From Synechococcus sp. (GTDB lineage: Bacteria > Cyanobacteriota > Cyanobacteriia > PCC-6307 > Cyanobiaceae), in contig JBJBDL010000003.1 in the NCBI GenBank assembly GCA_047285305.1, positions 1,664,001 to 1,728,000 on the forward strand: a stretch of 64,000 bases of DNA. The letters run 5' to 3'. The translations under genes were made by a program, and so were the position numbers. Of this stretch, positions 18,678-29,449 are shown piece after piece. The notes under the pieces are model-generated. The model was not told the DNA's origin and made no database searches. It saw only the letters and a program-made list of their open reading frames with translations. The stretch's first letter is position 1; each line of letters opens with the position of its first letter.

Positions 18678-19619
18678 TCAAGAAACTGCGGCAGCACAAT
18701 CAACCCTCGCCTTGATCGGGCAGCTTGCCTCAGGTTCGGCCCGCGTTCGGTTTTGGATAAAGTCCCATGCCTCTTCCGCTGAGTCTGAGAAATGAATCAG
18801 ATCTAGGTCTTCATCTGAAATCAAGCCCATCTCAGCGAGGTAATTAAAGTCCACCAGCCTCCTCCAGAACTCTGTACCGAACAGAACAATGGGCATGCTG
18901 CCTTTGGTACCGACTTGCCGCAGGGTGAGCAGCTCAAACAGTTCATCGAGCGTGCCAAAGCCTCCCGGGAAAAGAATGGCTCCAATCGAGCGCATCACAA
19001 AATGGAATTTACGCAGTGAGAAGTAGTTGAACTTGAAGCAGAGATCAGGGGTGATGAAGGGATTGGGATGTTGTTCAAACGGAAGGGTGATATTCAGCCC
19101 GATGGAACGGCAGCCGGCCTCAAAGGCACCTCTGTTGGCGGCTTCCATGATTCCCGGTCCGCCACCGGTCACGATCACATGGGATGCGCATCCATTGCTT
19201 TGCCCTTTATCCGCCTGACCATGCTGGGAGGCCAATGCGGCAAATTCTCGAGCTGCATCGTAGAAACGGGACAAGTCCACGAGCTGTTTGGCGTGTACAA
19301 CTTGTCTCTTCAAAGACGATGAGCCTGGAGTTGCGCTGAGCCGTTGCTCTGCTTGCGCGAGCTTCGTGGCAGCAGTGTCTTTATCGACGATCCTGGCGCC
19401 TCCAAAAACAATGATCGTCGATTCAATCCCGGCTGTTTCCAGATCCAGATCCGGCTTGGTGATTTCAAGCAGCATGCGCACACCGCGCATGGAATTGCTG
19501 TTCAGCAAGTCTGGATCTTCATGGGCAATTCTGTAGGTGGGGGACTTCAGAATTTCGTCCAGGTTGGCTTGCTTAGGGCTTGAAGTGCCTGGAAATTGAG
19601 TCATCGGTTCAAAAGTCAT
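18678..19619 (-). CDS. LOG/TIGR00730-type nucleotide phosphoribohydrolase
   Basis: VFGGAR, TGGGPGIMEAANRGA, RK and FPGGFGTLDELFE. Confidence 0.92.
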   Translation of the reverse strand: MTFEPMTQFPGTSSPKQANLDEILKSPTYRIAHEDPDLLNSNSMRGVRMLLEITKPDLDLETAGIESTIIVFGGARIVDKDTAATKLAQAEQRLSATPGSSSLKRQVVHAKQLVDLSRFYDAAREFAALASQHGQADKGQSNGCASHVIVTGGGPGIMEAANRGAFEAGCRSIGLNITLPFEQHPNPFITPDLCFKFNYFSLRKFHFVMRSIGAILFPGGFGTLDELFELLTLRQVGTKGSMPIVLFGTEFWRRLVDFNYLAEMGLISDEDLDLIHFSDSAEEAWDFIQNRTRAEPEASCPIKARVDCAAAVS

Positions 19620-19661
19620 AGGTGTTAGCGATGTAGTCGGTATCGGGGATGTCGACTGGCG

Positions 19662-21050
19662 TCAGAGGATGTTGGCGGCCAATTCAGCCAGTTCACTGCG
19701 CTCTCCTTTTGTGAGGGTCATGTGTCCCACCAGGGGCTGACCTTTGAGCTTTTCCACCAACCAGGTGAGCCCGTTGCTTTCGGCATCCACATAGGGATTG
19801 TCGATTTGATATGGATCACCAGTGAAGACAACCTTGGTTCCTTCACCCACCCGCGTCACGATCGTCTTCACTTCCAGGGGCGTCAGGTTCTGCGCCTCGT
19901 CCACCACCAGGAACTGATTGGGAATCGATCGGCCGCGGATGGTGTTGATGGCTTCAACCTCAAGCAAGCCCATGCCTTGAAGGTCGGCCCAGGCGTTGCG
20001 TGGTTCGCGGTTCCGCGGTTTCTTCGTCTGCTCAGCCTCCTCGCCGGGAGACGAACCGGTGATGAAATCGATGTTGTCGATGATCGGCTTCATCCAGGGG
20101 CCGAGTTTCTCCTCCAGCGTGCCGGGCAGGTAGCCGATGTCTTTGCCAAGGGAGATTGGTGGGCGCGTCACCAACAAGCGGACGTAGTGATGGGTGTCGG
20201 CCACCTGGTGCAAACCCGCGGCGATGGCCAGCAGCGTTTTGCCTGTGCCGGCCTTGCCCACCAGAGTCACCAGAGCAACGGAGGGATCGAGCAGTAGATC
20301 CAGCGCAAAGCTTTGCTCGCGATTTCTGGCTTTGATACGGCCCAAATGGGCGCGATGGAGCCAGTGCAGCCGCTTGATGATGTTGCTGTTGCCTTGATGC
20401 CGAGCCAGCAGGGTGTGGCTGTCGTTGTGCTGATCCACAAGCAACACCCCTTCATTGGCCTGAAGATGCTGCTTCTCGGGATCGGCGACAGCTTCCAAAG
20501 GGAGTTGATCCTCTTCATGCAGGGTCTGAATTGTCTCCGCATCGGTTCTGAGTTCACGAAACCCTGTGTAGAGGTCGTCGATCGAGACGTTGTCGTTGAC
20601 GTAGTCCTCGGCCTGCAGGCCCACCGCATCAGCCTTGATTCGAAGGTTGATGTCTTTGCTGATCAGCACGACCTCGGGCGCCTGTTTCAGCCCACTGCAA
20701 CGCATCTGCTCGAGGGCCACCGCAAGGATGTTGTTGTCACCACCTCCCCCCTGCAACTCTGCCGGTAAGTCTTGAAGGGCTTGGGCCTGACAGAACACCA
20801 CCTGCAGCATGCCGTGGTTCGTTCCCTCAATCGGAACGCCATCGGCAAGGCGTCCGCGAGCTCGGTAGGAATCCAAGAGCCTTGAAATCCGCCGAGCATT
20901 TCGGCCTTTTTCGGAATGATCTTTCTTGAAGCGATCGATTTCTTCAACCACTTGCATGGGGATCACAACCCTTAAATCACCAAAGCGGTGCGGCGCCTCA
21001 GGATCGTGGAGCAGCACATTCGTATCGAGAACAACAATTTTGTCTTTCAT
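19662..21050 (-). CDS. PIN-PhoH protein (PhoH2/YlaK type)
   Basis: PIN VLDTNVLLHD...DNNIL...SKDINLR; PhoH GKAGTGKT, RGRS, DEAQN, GDPYQID. Confidence 0.93.
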   Translation of the reverse strand: MKDKIVVLDTNVLLHDPEAPHRFGDLRVVIPMQVVEEIDRFKKDHSEKGRNARRISRLLDSYRARGRLADGVPIEGTNHGMLQVVFCQAQALQDLPAELQGGGGDNNILAVALEQMRCSGLKQAPEVVLISKDINLRIKADAVGLQAEDYVNDNVSIDDLYTGFRELRTDAETIQTLHEEDQLPLEAVADPEKQHLQANEGVLLVDQHNDSHTLLARHQGNSNIIKRLHWLHRAHLGRIKARNREQSFALDLLLDPSVALVTLVGKAGTGKTLLAIAAGLHQVADTHHYVRLLVTRPPISLGKDIGYLPGTLEEKLGPWMKPIIDNIDFITGSSPGEEAEQTKKPRNREPRNAWADLQGMGLLEVEAINTIRGRSIPNQFLVVDEAQNLTPLEVKTIVTRVGEGTKVVFTGDPYQIDNPYVDAESNGLTWLVEKLKGQPLVGHMTLTKGERSELAELAANIL

Positions 21051-21264
21051 TGAATCTCACCATTGATGGATCAATTTGTGCTGAAAAGATCATCGAGGTA
21101 GTGATTTGCCAAATCACCACAGCAGAATCTCTTCTCCCCGCAGGTAAGACGCAGGGAGTAAGAAGATTTCAACAACAAAACCAAGCAGGTCAGCGAGGAT
21201 TCGCTGTTTGAACCAAAGAGAATCGATTGAGTTGCTTAATGACGTCAACTGAGACGTGTTGAGC

Positions 21265-21444
21265 TCAGTCGTCGTAGATCTTGCAGCCAGGCGCAGTGGG
21301 GGACGTGTCGCAACGCTCCTCCCAGTACAGATCGTGCTGAGATTTCATCGCTTGCTTGGGTTCATCAGCCTGACCTGGCTGCGTTTTGTCAAATGCATTG
21401 AGGGGAATGCAGAAATCGAAAAAACCTGAACAGATCGTGACCAT
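21265..21444 (-). CDS. 59 aa protein with CP12-like C-terminus
   Basis: Hand translation ends YWEERCDTSPTAPGCKIYDD; purine-rich RBS region. Confidence 0.7.
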   Translation of the reverse strand: MVTICSGFFDFCIPLNAFDKTQPGQADEPKQAMKSQHDLYWEERCDTSPTAPGCKIYDD

Positions 21445-21966
21445 CTCTCTCCTTGTCTCTGGCTTATCTCTACTCCTCTCCCCTCCAGAATCAATAGGTA
21501 CTTAACCCATTGCTTTACACAAAGAAAAACCGCTCTTCCCAGAGGAAGAACAGTTGGTGGGTCACGCAGATGAATGGAGTCACCCGCACTCTGATCACTT
21601 GATCAGGCAGCCTGCTGATTGCCTGAACCTTCTTCCTCAGACCGGATGAACCGCTTGCGTTGTGCAGATTCATTACCGGAGAGATCACCTCGCTTCGATG
21701 GCTCCACGGGTTTGCGTTCGGGTTTGTCCAAACCCATCAAGAGGGGATGGATACCTCTTCTGCTCATTGAAGTTTCCTCTTATTCGGTTCTCGCGTCGTG
21801 GTCTCTCGGCCCTTTCGCGTTGGTTAACTATCGCGCAGATCAGTTGCAGGCGCGCCCCGCAATGCTTAAGAGAATCTGGCGAGTCGCCCAACACCGCCGG
21901 GCCAGGAAGGATTGAGGCAGCAGAGTGAGGGTACGAATCGAACGCAACGCACTGCGAGGTGCTCCG

Positions 21967-22278
21967 ATGATTTGGATTCGAACCAGGCTGGCCGTTGCAA
22001 GCCTTGCCATTGCCACAGCCATTCCGGCAAGCGCTGAGATCGTTACTTCAACGTGCCGACTGCTCAGCTACGACGGCCTTATCACCACCGTAGAGACCTT
22101 CCGCTGTGACTTCATGCAGCGCAGCGGCAACGTTTTGGTGAATAGCGCTGAACATGAGTTCAGCTTTCTGGCTGCAGAGCAAGGGGAGACCTACATCCGC
22201 ATCAACTCGATCCCGCTGCGCTTCACCCGCATAGGGGAGTACACCCTGGAGGTGAGGCAGGAGCCTTGGTTGAGATGA
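21967..22278 (+). CDS. Secreted hypothetical protein
   Basis: Signal peptide ending ASA, two Cys. Confidence 0.65.
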   Translation: MIWIRTRLAVASLAIATAIPASAEIVTSTCRLLSYDGLITTVETFRCDFMQRSGNVLVNSAEHEFSFLAAEQGETYIRINSIPLRFTRIGEYTLEVRQEPWLR

Positions 22279-22736
22279 CCGTTGCGATGACCATCCCAAA
22301 TGGGGGTATCGAGAAGCGGATGCACAGGAGTTGATTGATCACACCTGCGGCAGCTAATGCGATCTGTCGGCGGTCGTCGAGTGAATGCCCAGAGATCCTT
22401 CATGCTCTTGGGGTTTTCCTCCTCGAATCCGAGAGAGTTTTGAAACTGATTCTTTCAGGTGAATAAGGGAAGCCCTGGAGCCGTCACTCCAGGGTTTTCT
22501 TGTTTGGAGCAGCTTGCGGTATGAAAACGTGACAGGGGAGAAGGCACGAAAAAGGAAAGCCACCCTTCCCGATTGGCTGTCGCCATGCAGAAAGGATTGT
22601 GCGTGGATGAAAGCGTGACCAACCAATGAGTGTCGGTTGGTTACTCAATTCAGGATTTCTTCCGTGCATCTTCAGGGAGCATTGCCTCAGCGAGCATCTC
22701 GGCGCTCATAACTTCAAAGCAGTCTCGCGCTCCCTT

Positions 22737-22912
22737 ATGTGCCCACTTGACCTTTCCGATCTCAAGTGGGGCGATGACGGCAAATGCCTCCCAACGACAC
22801 CCTCAGCCTGGTGGAGAGATTGGCCATAGCGGAAGAGATGAGCCAAGGGGCCGAGCAATCGACTCTCAACTCCAGTTCCATTCCCCAGGAGGAACCATCA
22901 CAAGAGTCCTGA
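22737..22912 (+). pseudogene. Small gene with a probable 1 nt frameshift
   Basis: MCPLDLSDLKWGDDG then a plausible continuation MPPNDTLSLVERLAIAEE in a shifted frame. Confidence 0.5.
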
Positions 22913-22950
22913 GCTAGACGGATGGATCGAGCCACTCTCAGCTGAACTGC

Positions 22951-23166
22951 TCAGCCAACCAACCGGTCATCGGAATTCAAAAGCGCCTTCCCTTTCGACA
23001 CCCTCACAACTTCGCCTGAAAGCCCAGGACTTTGATAGATGACGCGATACACATTCGTGAAAGCAAGCGATTTGGCACGTGCATCAACGAACGCCTTGAA
23101 CTCAGTCTTGAAGCACTGTTCTTGAACCCATTGGTCGGGGCCATCGCTTCGCTCAACGCAGTACAT
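22951..23166 (-). CDS. Small hypothetical protein
   Basis: MYCVERSDGPDQWVQEQCFKTEFKAF...YRVI. Confidence 0.65.
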   Translation of the reverse strand: MYCVERSDGPDQWVQEQCFKTEFKAFVDARAKSLAFTNVYRVIYQSPGLSGEVVRVSKGKALLNSDDRLVG

Positions 23167-23576
23167 CGTTTGGAGCACAGAGAACACGCAGCCTGATGAG
23201 GCTGCGGCCGCTTGTCCTCGATCGACATGCCAGCTTCGGGATCACGTCTTCAATTGATGACGGGAAACCTGGCATCAACGCTCTCCAAAGCTGTCCTTTC
23301 GCCTTGGACGTCAATCACATTGGGATGCACATGTTGGGTGCACACGACGGAATCACATCGCGTCGAGCGATAAAGGAATGCGATTCCGCCACCGGTGTGC
23401 CCTCGAACGCACAACACGGCACGCCTGTTGTAACTTCGCTCGACCGATTGAAAGCGAGTCACTGACTACCGAAGTCCGTTCCTGCTTGAGCCTTCAGGGT
23501 GTAATCGCTAATGCCGTCAACGGTTCCAATCCTGAGACCAATTCGTGTAAAGTTTCAATAAGCAACCTCCAGGCAG

Positions 23577-23837
23577 ATGTTCAAAGCCTTGTTTTCCCTG
23601 GTTTTTGCAGCAGTGATGTGGGTCCAGGTGCCTCAGTGGCAGCCGGACTGGTCGCAGTGCTCAGTTGACACGCCGGATGTGGATTGTCACTGGTACGTCA
23701 CGGCACCAGACAACACCTTTGGCGAAGGCTTCAGCTGGGAGAACGCACCCTGGTTCAGTGCCGAAGGGCTGAGGGATGTGGGGGATCTGAACAACACGAT
23801 GACCACTATCCACAGTCAGGCCCTACCGGCCAGCTGA
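23577..23837 (+). CDS. Secreted Trp/Cys-rich protein
   Basis: WVQVPQWQPDWSQC..CHWYVTAPDNTFGEGFSW. Confidence 0.75.
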   Translation: MFKALFSLVFAAVMWVQVPQWQPDWSQCSVDTPDVDCHWYVTAPDNTFGEGFSWENAPWFSAEGLRDVGDLNNTMTTIHSQALPAS

Positions 23838-23941
23838 ACATTGATCGTGTTGAACGCCCTAAGCCCCAGAGCACTGGCTTCCCGAGCACCAACACGGCCA
23901 GAAAAGCGTCAGCCCTAACATTTCTCTTTGGAGAGACTTCA

Positions 23942-24067
23942 GTGAACGACTACTCAGCAGCCATCGCAGCTCTTATTGTGGTCACCGTGGTTATCTCTGC
24001 TGCCGTCGTTTACGTGCTGGCTCAGCCGACCGACCTGCCCAGATACAAAGAAAACAAGGATCGATAG
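23942..24067 (+). CDS. 41 aa single-TM microprotein
   Basis: GTG after GGAG; VVYVLAQPTDLP. Confidence 0.55.
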   Translation: MNDYSAAIAALIVVTVVISAAVVYVLAQPTDLPRYKENKDR

Positions 24068-24352
24068 ATGCCACCACGTGGGTAAACACTGACCCCGCCA
24101 CCCACATCGCCCCGTAGGACTGAATCCAGCACTAGGGTCACCAGACATTCAGCACACCCCTGGCGTGAAAGGTCCGAACCTCGTTTTTGTAGGCGGCTCC
24201 GTGATCGTCGCGATCATGGCAGTGGTTGTTTTTATTGGCGCTGCCAACGCCGGTGACTGCCCTCAAAACAAGTCAGCTGAGGCCACCTCAGTTGAGGCTC
24301 ATCACAACGCAGATGACAAGGCTGAAGTTGAAGCCTGATCGGCTCAGATAAC

Positions 24353-24541
24353 TCAGCGAAGAGGGTCAACCTCAACTGGAGCGATTGTCTGGAGCGTGCT
24401 AAATGCTTCATTGATTGTCTGCCCAACAAAGATCCCTCCGGTGAGCACCGCAGCTAAACAAGCCAACCCGAGGATGATTCCAACTCCAATGCGAGTAGAG
24501 CTCGTTGTTTCTGCCTTGCGTTGCTCAGTATTGGAAACCAT
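24353..24541 (-). CDS. Single-TM microprotein
   Basis: IGVGIILGLACLAAVLTGGIFVG. Confidence 0.5.
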   Translation of the reverse strand: MVSNTEQRKAETTSSTRIGVGIILGLACLAAVLTGGIFVGQTINEAFSTLQTIAPVEVDPLR

Positions 24542-24865
24542 CTGAGTTGCTGCGATAAACCAGTTGTGGCTCAGGTCGCCCCTCGTTTCAACTGCGCATC
24601 GAATCACTCCAGGGCTTTGCAGTTAGCCCTGTTCCCATGCAGTTGCCCTCTCGGGGTATCGAGAAATGGTTTCAGGTTTGAAGTGATTCCTTGAGTTGAT
24701 GCTGCCAAACTCCGAGTTCGCCTTAATACATATAAACGGTATCTGGATGAACCTACATCAACAACCATCACGCATTTGGGAGAGTTTCACTTGTGACCAC
24801 TATGGTCATGCGGCTTCAAAAGACTTGTGCTTCACAGGACTTCTCCTCTCTCAAGGCCCATCCGT

Positions 24866-25015
24866 GTGACCAATCCCAAAACCAAAAGGTGGAGAACCGC
24901 CATCAAAGCCAGAGAGAATCAGCTGCTGACTCTCGCGAAGGAAGCTTTACAAGAGAAGAAGGAAAGAAGAGTCATTAATTTTCTTGACTATGTCGATCAG
25001 GACATCGCTGCATAA
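24866..25015 (+). CDS. Small basic hypothetical protein
   Basis: KRWRTAIKARENQLL...VINFLDY. Confidence 0.45.
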   Translation: MTNPKTKRWRTAIKARENQLLTLAKEALQEKKERRVINFLDYVDQDIAA

Positions 25016-25263
25016 CCGGAATTTCGATCGGCAAATTCAACGTATCCAGCTGAAATAGCCCCTATTGATTGCGCTGGAACCCTGGCGGGAGATTCTCGAC
25101 CTAGGAGAGGGGCGCACAAAAAGCCCCCTGGAGATCTCAACTCCAGAGGCCATTTCCCCTCGTTTGGCGACTCCTTCACTTTCTTCCAGATATCTGGTGA
25201 AAGGGAGTGGGAGAACCGTCGAAACAGGTCGTGGACACCGGTCATGGTTCGGTCACCAGAGAC

Positions 25264-25287
25264 AAAAAAAGCGGCAGGGAATGCCGC
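25264..25287 (-). terminator. Intrinsic terminator
   Basis: GCGGCA-TTCCC-TGCCGC followed by T7. Confidence 0.7.
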
Positions 25288-25387
25288 CCATCAAAAAGGG
25301 GACTAATGCGTGGAAGGTGCTGACGTTCCAGCGATACCACCCTCTTCAATCAGTCGGCGGTGCCGTGAGCATCGTTTACGAACTGCC

Positions 25388-25418
25388 AAAAAAATGGGGG
25401 TGTTCCCTAAGCACCCCC
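25388..25418 (-). terminator. Intrinsic terminator
   Basis: GGGGGTG-loop-CACCCCC followed by A and a T-run. Confidence 0.6.
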
Positions 25419-26522
25419 GCGTTTTACGCATCGCCCCTTCACCGAAGAAGCACCGAAATGATGACGTGAGATGTAGAGACTGATCGTCGCCATCACGACA
25501 AAACGGAGGGTGTGGCCAGCAACTCAAGAAAAAGACAGAGTTCCATCGCCGCTACGGGTAAAAGCGCTTATCTGGGCTATCTGGTGCCGACCGCTACGAC
25601 AGTTCTGCTTCAACCAGGGGCATTACACAAGTAGGCCACACCACATCCTTCATGGAGTTCGCACTACTTGCGTTGTTGACTTGCTCGCTTGCTTCAGTCA
25701 TCGCAACGGTTTTCCGCGGGACCTACTGATGAGGGGCACGTCCCGTCGGTTTGCCTTAGAGCACCGCTTCGCAAGCACCGTGCTTTGGTCGCTTTTTGCG
25801 GCTCTGATCTTCCAAGCACTGGCGAGTCGATAGGCAGGTGCATCTACACAAGCCATTAAAAACCCGTCTTTCGACGGTGGAATCATCGCACTTTTTAAAT
25901 TACAGACCACTTATACATACATGGCATTGAACTCATGCCGGATCCTCAAAACTTGAGCATTAATATGCATTAAAATATTATCTGCTTCCTGAATAAATTT
26001 TTCCCTACACCATTGGTACGTAACCCTTCCAGCGGCATTTATCAGAGTGATGTATTGCTATTCATGCGTCACATAATTGTGCAGTTAATGATCATGGCAG
26101 GGCTGACACTGGCTGCAGTAGGTGCTGATATCTGAGGCTCAGACAACAGCCTGAGTGCGGTGCCTAAGCCGGTGAAAGGCAAGGAGCCATGCAGCGGCCC
26201 GGGATCCTTCGCAAGCGAGAGGTTTGAAAAATAGAGCCGCAAAAAACACTGCTCTGACTCCTTAAATCGCCAGAAGGGAGTCAGTGCAGTGACCAGCGAC
26301 CAATGGTCAACGAAACAACCATCGGAGTGAAGGAGCCGTCGTCTGCGCCTTCCGGTTCCACACTGGCTTGGGAAGGAAAGGACAGAGAGCGCCAAAGACA
26401 CCTTGAGACAGCACAAACGACGTACCGCAATGTTGTGACGCTGAAAAACGATTAGAGCACAGCCATCTCAGCCTCCTCGTCATCCATTGGCCGGGATCAA
26501 CACCACGCTGCTGCAACCAGGA

Positions 26523-27017
26523 TCACCGGCCAACTGGCATGACTTCAGACCCACCAAGAGTTCTGCCTTTAGTCGCCAAGACGTACATCTCTTGGTGAAT
26601 ATTCTCCGATTCGTTGCTAAACCAGTTAGTCAAATCAGGTTGCAGAACTTTTTTGGGGCCAAGATCAATGAAGGAATACTCAAGCGTGATGAAGTCACCA
26701 CCAACCGTGCGATAACCAAGCTCAAGAAGGATCTGTCCACTTGCAGATGGAGGCTCAATCTGAGCTTGCGTTACCTTGAAACTGAGCTCCACCAACTTGC
26801 TAGCAACAGTACCGTCACCGGATGCGTCCCTTATTCTGATCATTAATGCTGACCCCTTGCTTTGCCTCAGCAAGAGCCGAGTTTGCTTCCTCAGACGCCA
26901 TTGACATTCAATGGCATTAGCGCGATGTGAGGTCCTAAAAAACGAGAGGTCTTCCTTCAAATCCTGGGTGTTTTTATCCTGCTTGAGTAAACCGAGTTTC
27001 GAGAGCAGCCACTTCAT
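26523..27017 (-). CDS. DUF4912-like protein
   Basis: W.L...IRIRD...LELGYRT..G.F...HQEMY..A...GGSE. Confidence 0.6.
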   Translation of the reverse strand: MKWLLSKLGLLKQDKNTQDLKEDLSFFRTSHRANAIECQWRLRKQTRLLLRQSKGSALMIRIRDASGDGTVASKLVELSFKVTQAQIEPPSASGQILLELGYRTVGGDFITLEYSFIDLGPKKVLQPDLTNWFSNESENIHQEMYVLATKGRTLGGSEVMPVGR

Positions 27018-27094
27018 CGCATTGTTATCAACCGAGACCGTAAATAGCCCATTTCCGAGCTGGAGTGACAGATTCTTTTTAACGCTTAACGCGA

Positions 27095-27108
27095 GTATCA
27101 GTTGTTAC
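27095..27108. promoter_or_regulatory. NtcA-type box
   Basis: GTATCAGTTGTTAC = GTA-N8-TAC in a divergent intergenic region. Confidence 0.5.
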
Positions 27109-27183
27109 CAAGAAGCCCGCACTAATAAGATTGTTGAATTGTGAGCGTTGTAACGACCAAACGAAAATGATGGAAGCCATGAC

Positions 27184-27408
27184 ATGGGTGATTCGCCATC
27201 ACGCTCCATGGCTCAAGCAGACTTGATCGCACAGACCCCACGCGGTTCATCCATCCAAAAAATCGAAGCCGGCAAGTTTCTGGTGTGCGATAGCGAGAAC
27301 GTGTGCTTCTTCACACGCAGCCTCTACCTCGCCGAAGAGCAGCTGGAGGAAATGGAGCTTGGCTACCGCTTCCCCTATTCGACCAATTTCCGCAAAGCGC
27401 TCACCTGA
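27184..27408 (+). CDS. Small Cx4-5C protein (paralog family A)
   Basis: RGSSIQKIEAGKFLVCDSENVC. Confidence 0.65.
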   Translation: MGDSPSRSMAQADLIAQTPRGSSIQKIEAGKFLVCDSENVCFFTRSLYLAEEQLEEMELGYRFPYSTNFRKALT

Positions 27409-28125
27409 GGAGTGGAGCCATTTGAGTAGCGGATTTCGCTGAACCGACTGGCTCCAATGGCTTATGTGTGGAGCGTCCTGGTCTCTTGCACCTAGCCCGG
27501 GACGCGGACCCATGTCAGCGGCAACTGCTGGGTCCGTTTGTCTAGCGAACCCAGGCGTTCTTCCGAGGCCAATCGAGCATTAAGGTCGTCCGTATCAGTC
27601 GCAACCGTCGCCGGCATATACCGAAATTTTTGTCGGATCAGCACATCTTCAAAAATTCCCAGACAAGCCTGCTACTTGGCCTCATCATTGAAACCTCAGT
27701 TGCCTGCACACCAGATGTAGTGCTGAGCGGCACGGGGAGAGCGACCCTGGTGCTGGCAGAAGAGTTTCCCCGTTGAGAGCGATCAGTGGGGAAAGCTCTC
27801 TGTGCCTTAAGACTGTGGACATTCAGTGCATCAGGCGCAAATCAGTTTTACGTGACGAACGTGTTGCCGCGGATACCGCATCGGTCGGGGAGGACTCGCT
27901 TCTCCTCGCGGTTCCGTGGCTCCACATCGTTAAGTCGCAGCTTGGTTGAAAGTCAGCCATCGCAGCAGAAGGAGCTACTTGAAAACGCCGCCTTACCCCT
28001 TCACACCAATTGATTTGATAAGGTCCTAACAAGCAAATCATAAAAGAAATATAATTACCTATTTGCGTTATTTAAAGCTTTGAAATTCAACAAGCAAGCA
28101 AGTGCTTAAGTCGTCCCGTTAATTC

Positions 28126-28371
28126 ATGGAGGACAGTATGCAAAGTCAGAAGAACTCCCCGACCTGCTTTTTGCGCTGGTCTGTGAGCAAGGTTACTAAC
28201 AGGCTCTATGCGGTTGCGGCAACAGTTGATGGAAAGGAATACGACTTTGTCGGCAATTTCAGAAGCGTTAGAGAAGCACAACAAGCGGGCCGCCGCTATG
28301 CCGAAAACTTGGTTCATAACTCGATGGCTGGAGGTCGCTTGTCGCTTAAACAACAGCCTCTAACCGACTGA
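28126..28371 (+). CDS. Hypothetical protein
   Basis: 81 aa; FVGNFRSVREAQQAGRRYA. Confidence 0.6.
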   Translation: MEDSMQSQKNSPTCFLRWSVSKVTNRLYAVAATVDGKEYDFVGNFRSVREAQQAGRRYAENLVHNSMAGGRLSLKQQPLTD

Positions 28372-28482
28372 TCGTCTCCATTAAAACGAGAGTTGAAGAC
28401 AGGCATGGGTTCCCCTGGGGAGTGCACCTCCAGGTTTTTTTTACCTGAATCTATGGAACACTTGGGCATCGCCTGAAAGCCA

Positions 28483-28872
28483 ATGGCCAGCTTCGACAAA
28501 TCCACACCGTTCATTTTGCTGGCGCGAATCCACGTCAAATCCGGTTGTGTTGACCAGTACTTAAAGCTGGCTCGCATCACCGACCAAGCCGTTCAGGCTT
28601 CTGAGCCAGGCATGATTCACCACACCTTTGATCAAGACCCGGACGATGCCCAAGCGTTCGTATGGTCAGAGGTTTACGCCAATGACGAGGCATTCAGAGC
28701 CCATGTCTCCAATCCTCCCGTTCAGGAGTATCTACAAAAGCATGCAGAGCTTGGCGATGGCTTCAGCGTTGAGGTTTACGGCACGGTCGGCGATGAATGC
28801 CGGCAACTGATGGAGTCGTTTGGACTTCCACTCAAGATTTTTGAAACCAAGCTCGGATACAGCAGGGTCTGA
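28483..28872 (+). CDS. Antibiotic biosynthesis monooxygenase (ABM) family protein
   Basis: VKSG..DQY...EPGM...F...EVY.NDEAFRAH. Confidence 0.85.
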   Translation: MASFDKSTPFILLARIHVKSGCVDQYLKLARITDQAVQASEPGMIHHTFDQDPDDAQAFVWSEVYANDEAFRAHVSNPPVQEYLQKHAELGDGFSVEVYGTVGDECRQLMESFGLPLKIFETKLGYSRV

Positions 28873-28914
28873 ACAAGCTGGTAGCAAGAATCTCTCAAGT
28901 TTTGGCAGTGATTC

Positions 28915-29169
28915 CTATGGGGTGCTGTTAAGTTCATTGCTGAGCTTATCGAGACGTTTTTTGAGTTGCTCGGCGCGACGGCTTGTTGGTTGGTTGTCGT
29001 TGCCCCTCAGAGCTGATTTGATGACAGCGATCTCCTTCTCAAGCTTCCGTCTCCTGGTGAAGGAAAGTGCTTCCTGAGCAAGACCGATCAGAAAATCGCC
29101 CCGCGGGGCGTAACAGGGAGGATCTTCACCTGACTCCTGTTGTGCGGGCGCTTCCTCAGGATCAATCAT
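28915..29169 (-). CDS. Hypothetical protein
   Basis: 84 aa ORF overlapping the upstream stop. Confidence 0.55.
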   Translation of the reverse strand: MIDPEEAPAQQESGEDPPCYAPRGDFLIGLAQEALSFTRRRKLEKEIAVIKSALRGNDNQPTSRRAEQLKKRLDKLSNELNSTP

Positions 29170-29449
29170 GATCCAGGGCTTTTTCGGCGACATCGGCCGC
29201 CACAAGAAACACATAGGAGAGGGCATTCATATGACTCGCCAGATCTTTGATCGATTCAACGATTTCCTTTCGCGACAAACCACTCTCCCGCTGAAGTCGA
29301 ATAATCTCATGCATCAGACGGGTCACATTGTCGCGACCGTAGTTGTAGGCAGTGCCAAAACAATCCTCACTCTTCTCATCAGTCCTGCAGGCTGCAGCAA
29401 AGTCTGATGCAATTTTCTGGGAAAAATCTTCAACTTGACGGCAGGGCAT
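29162..29449 (-). CDS. Hypothetical helical protein
   Basis: 95 aa; RLQRESGLSRKEIVESIKDLA. Confidence 0.55.
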   Translation of the reverse strand: MPCRQVEDFSQKIASDFAAACRTDEKSEDCFGTAYNYGRDNVTRLMHEIIRLQRESGLSRKEIVESIKDLASHMNALSYVFLVAADVAEKALDHD

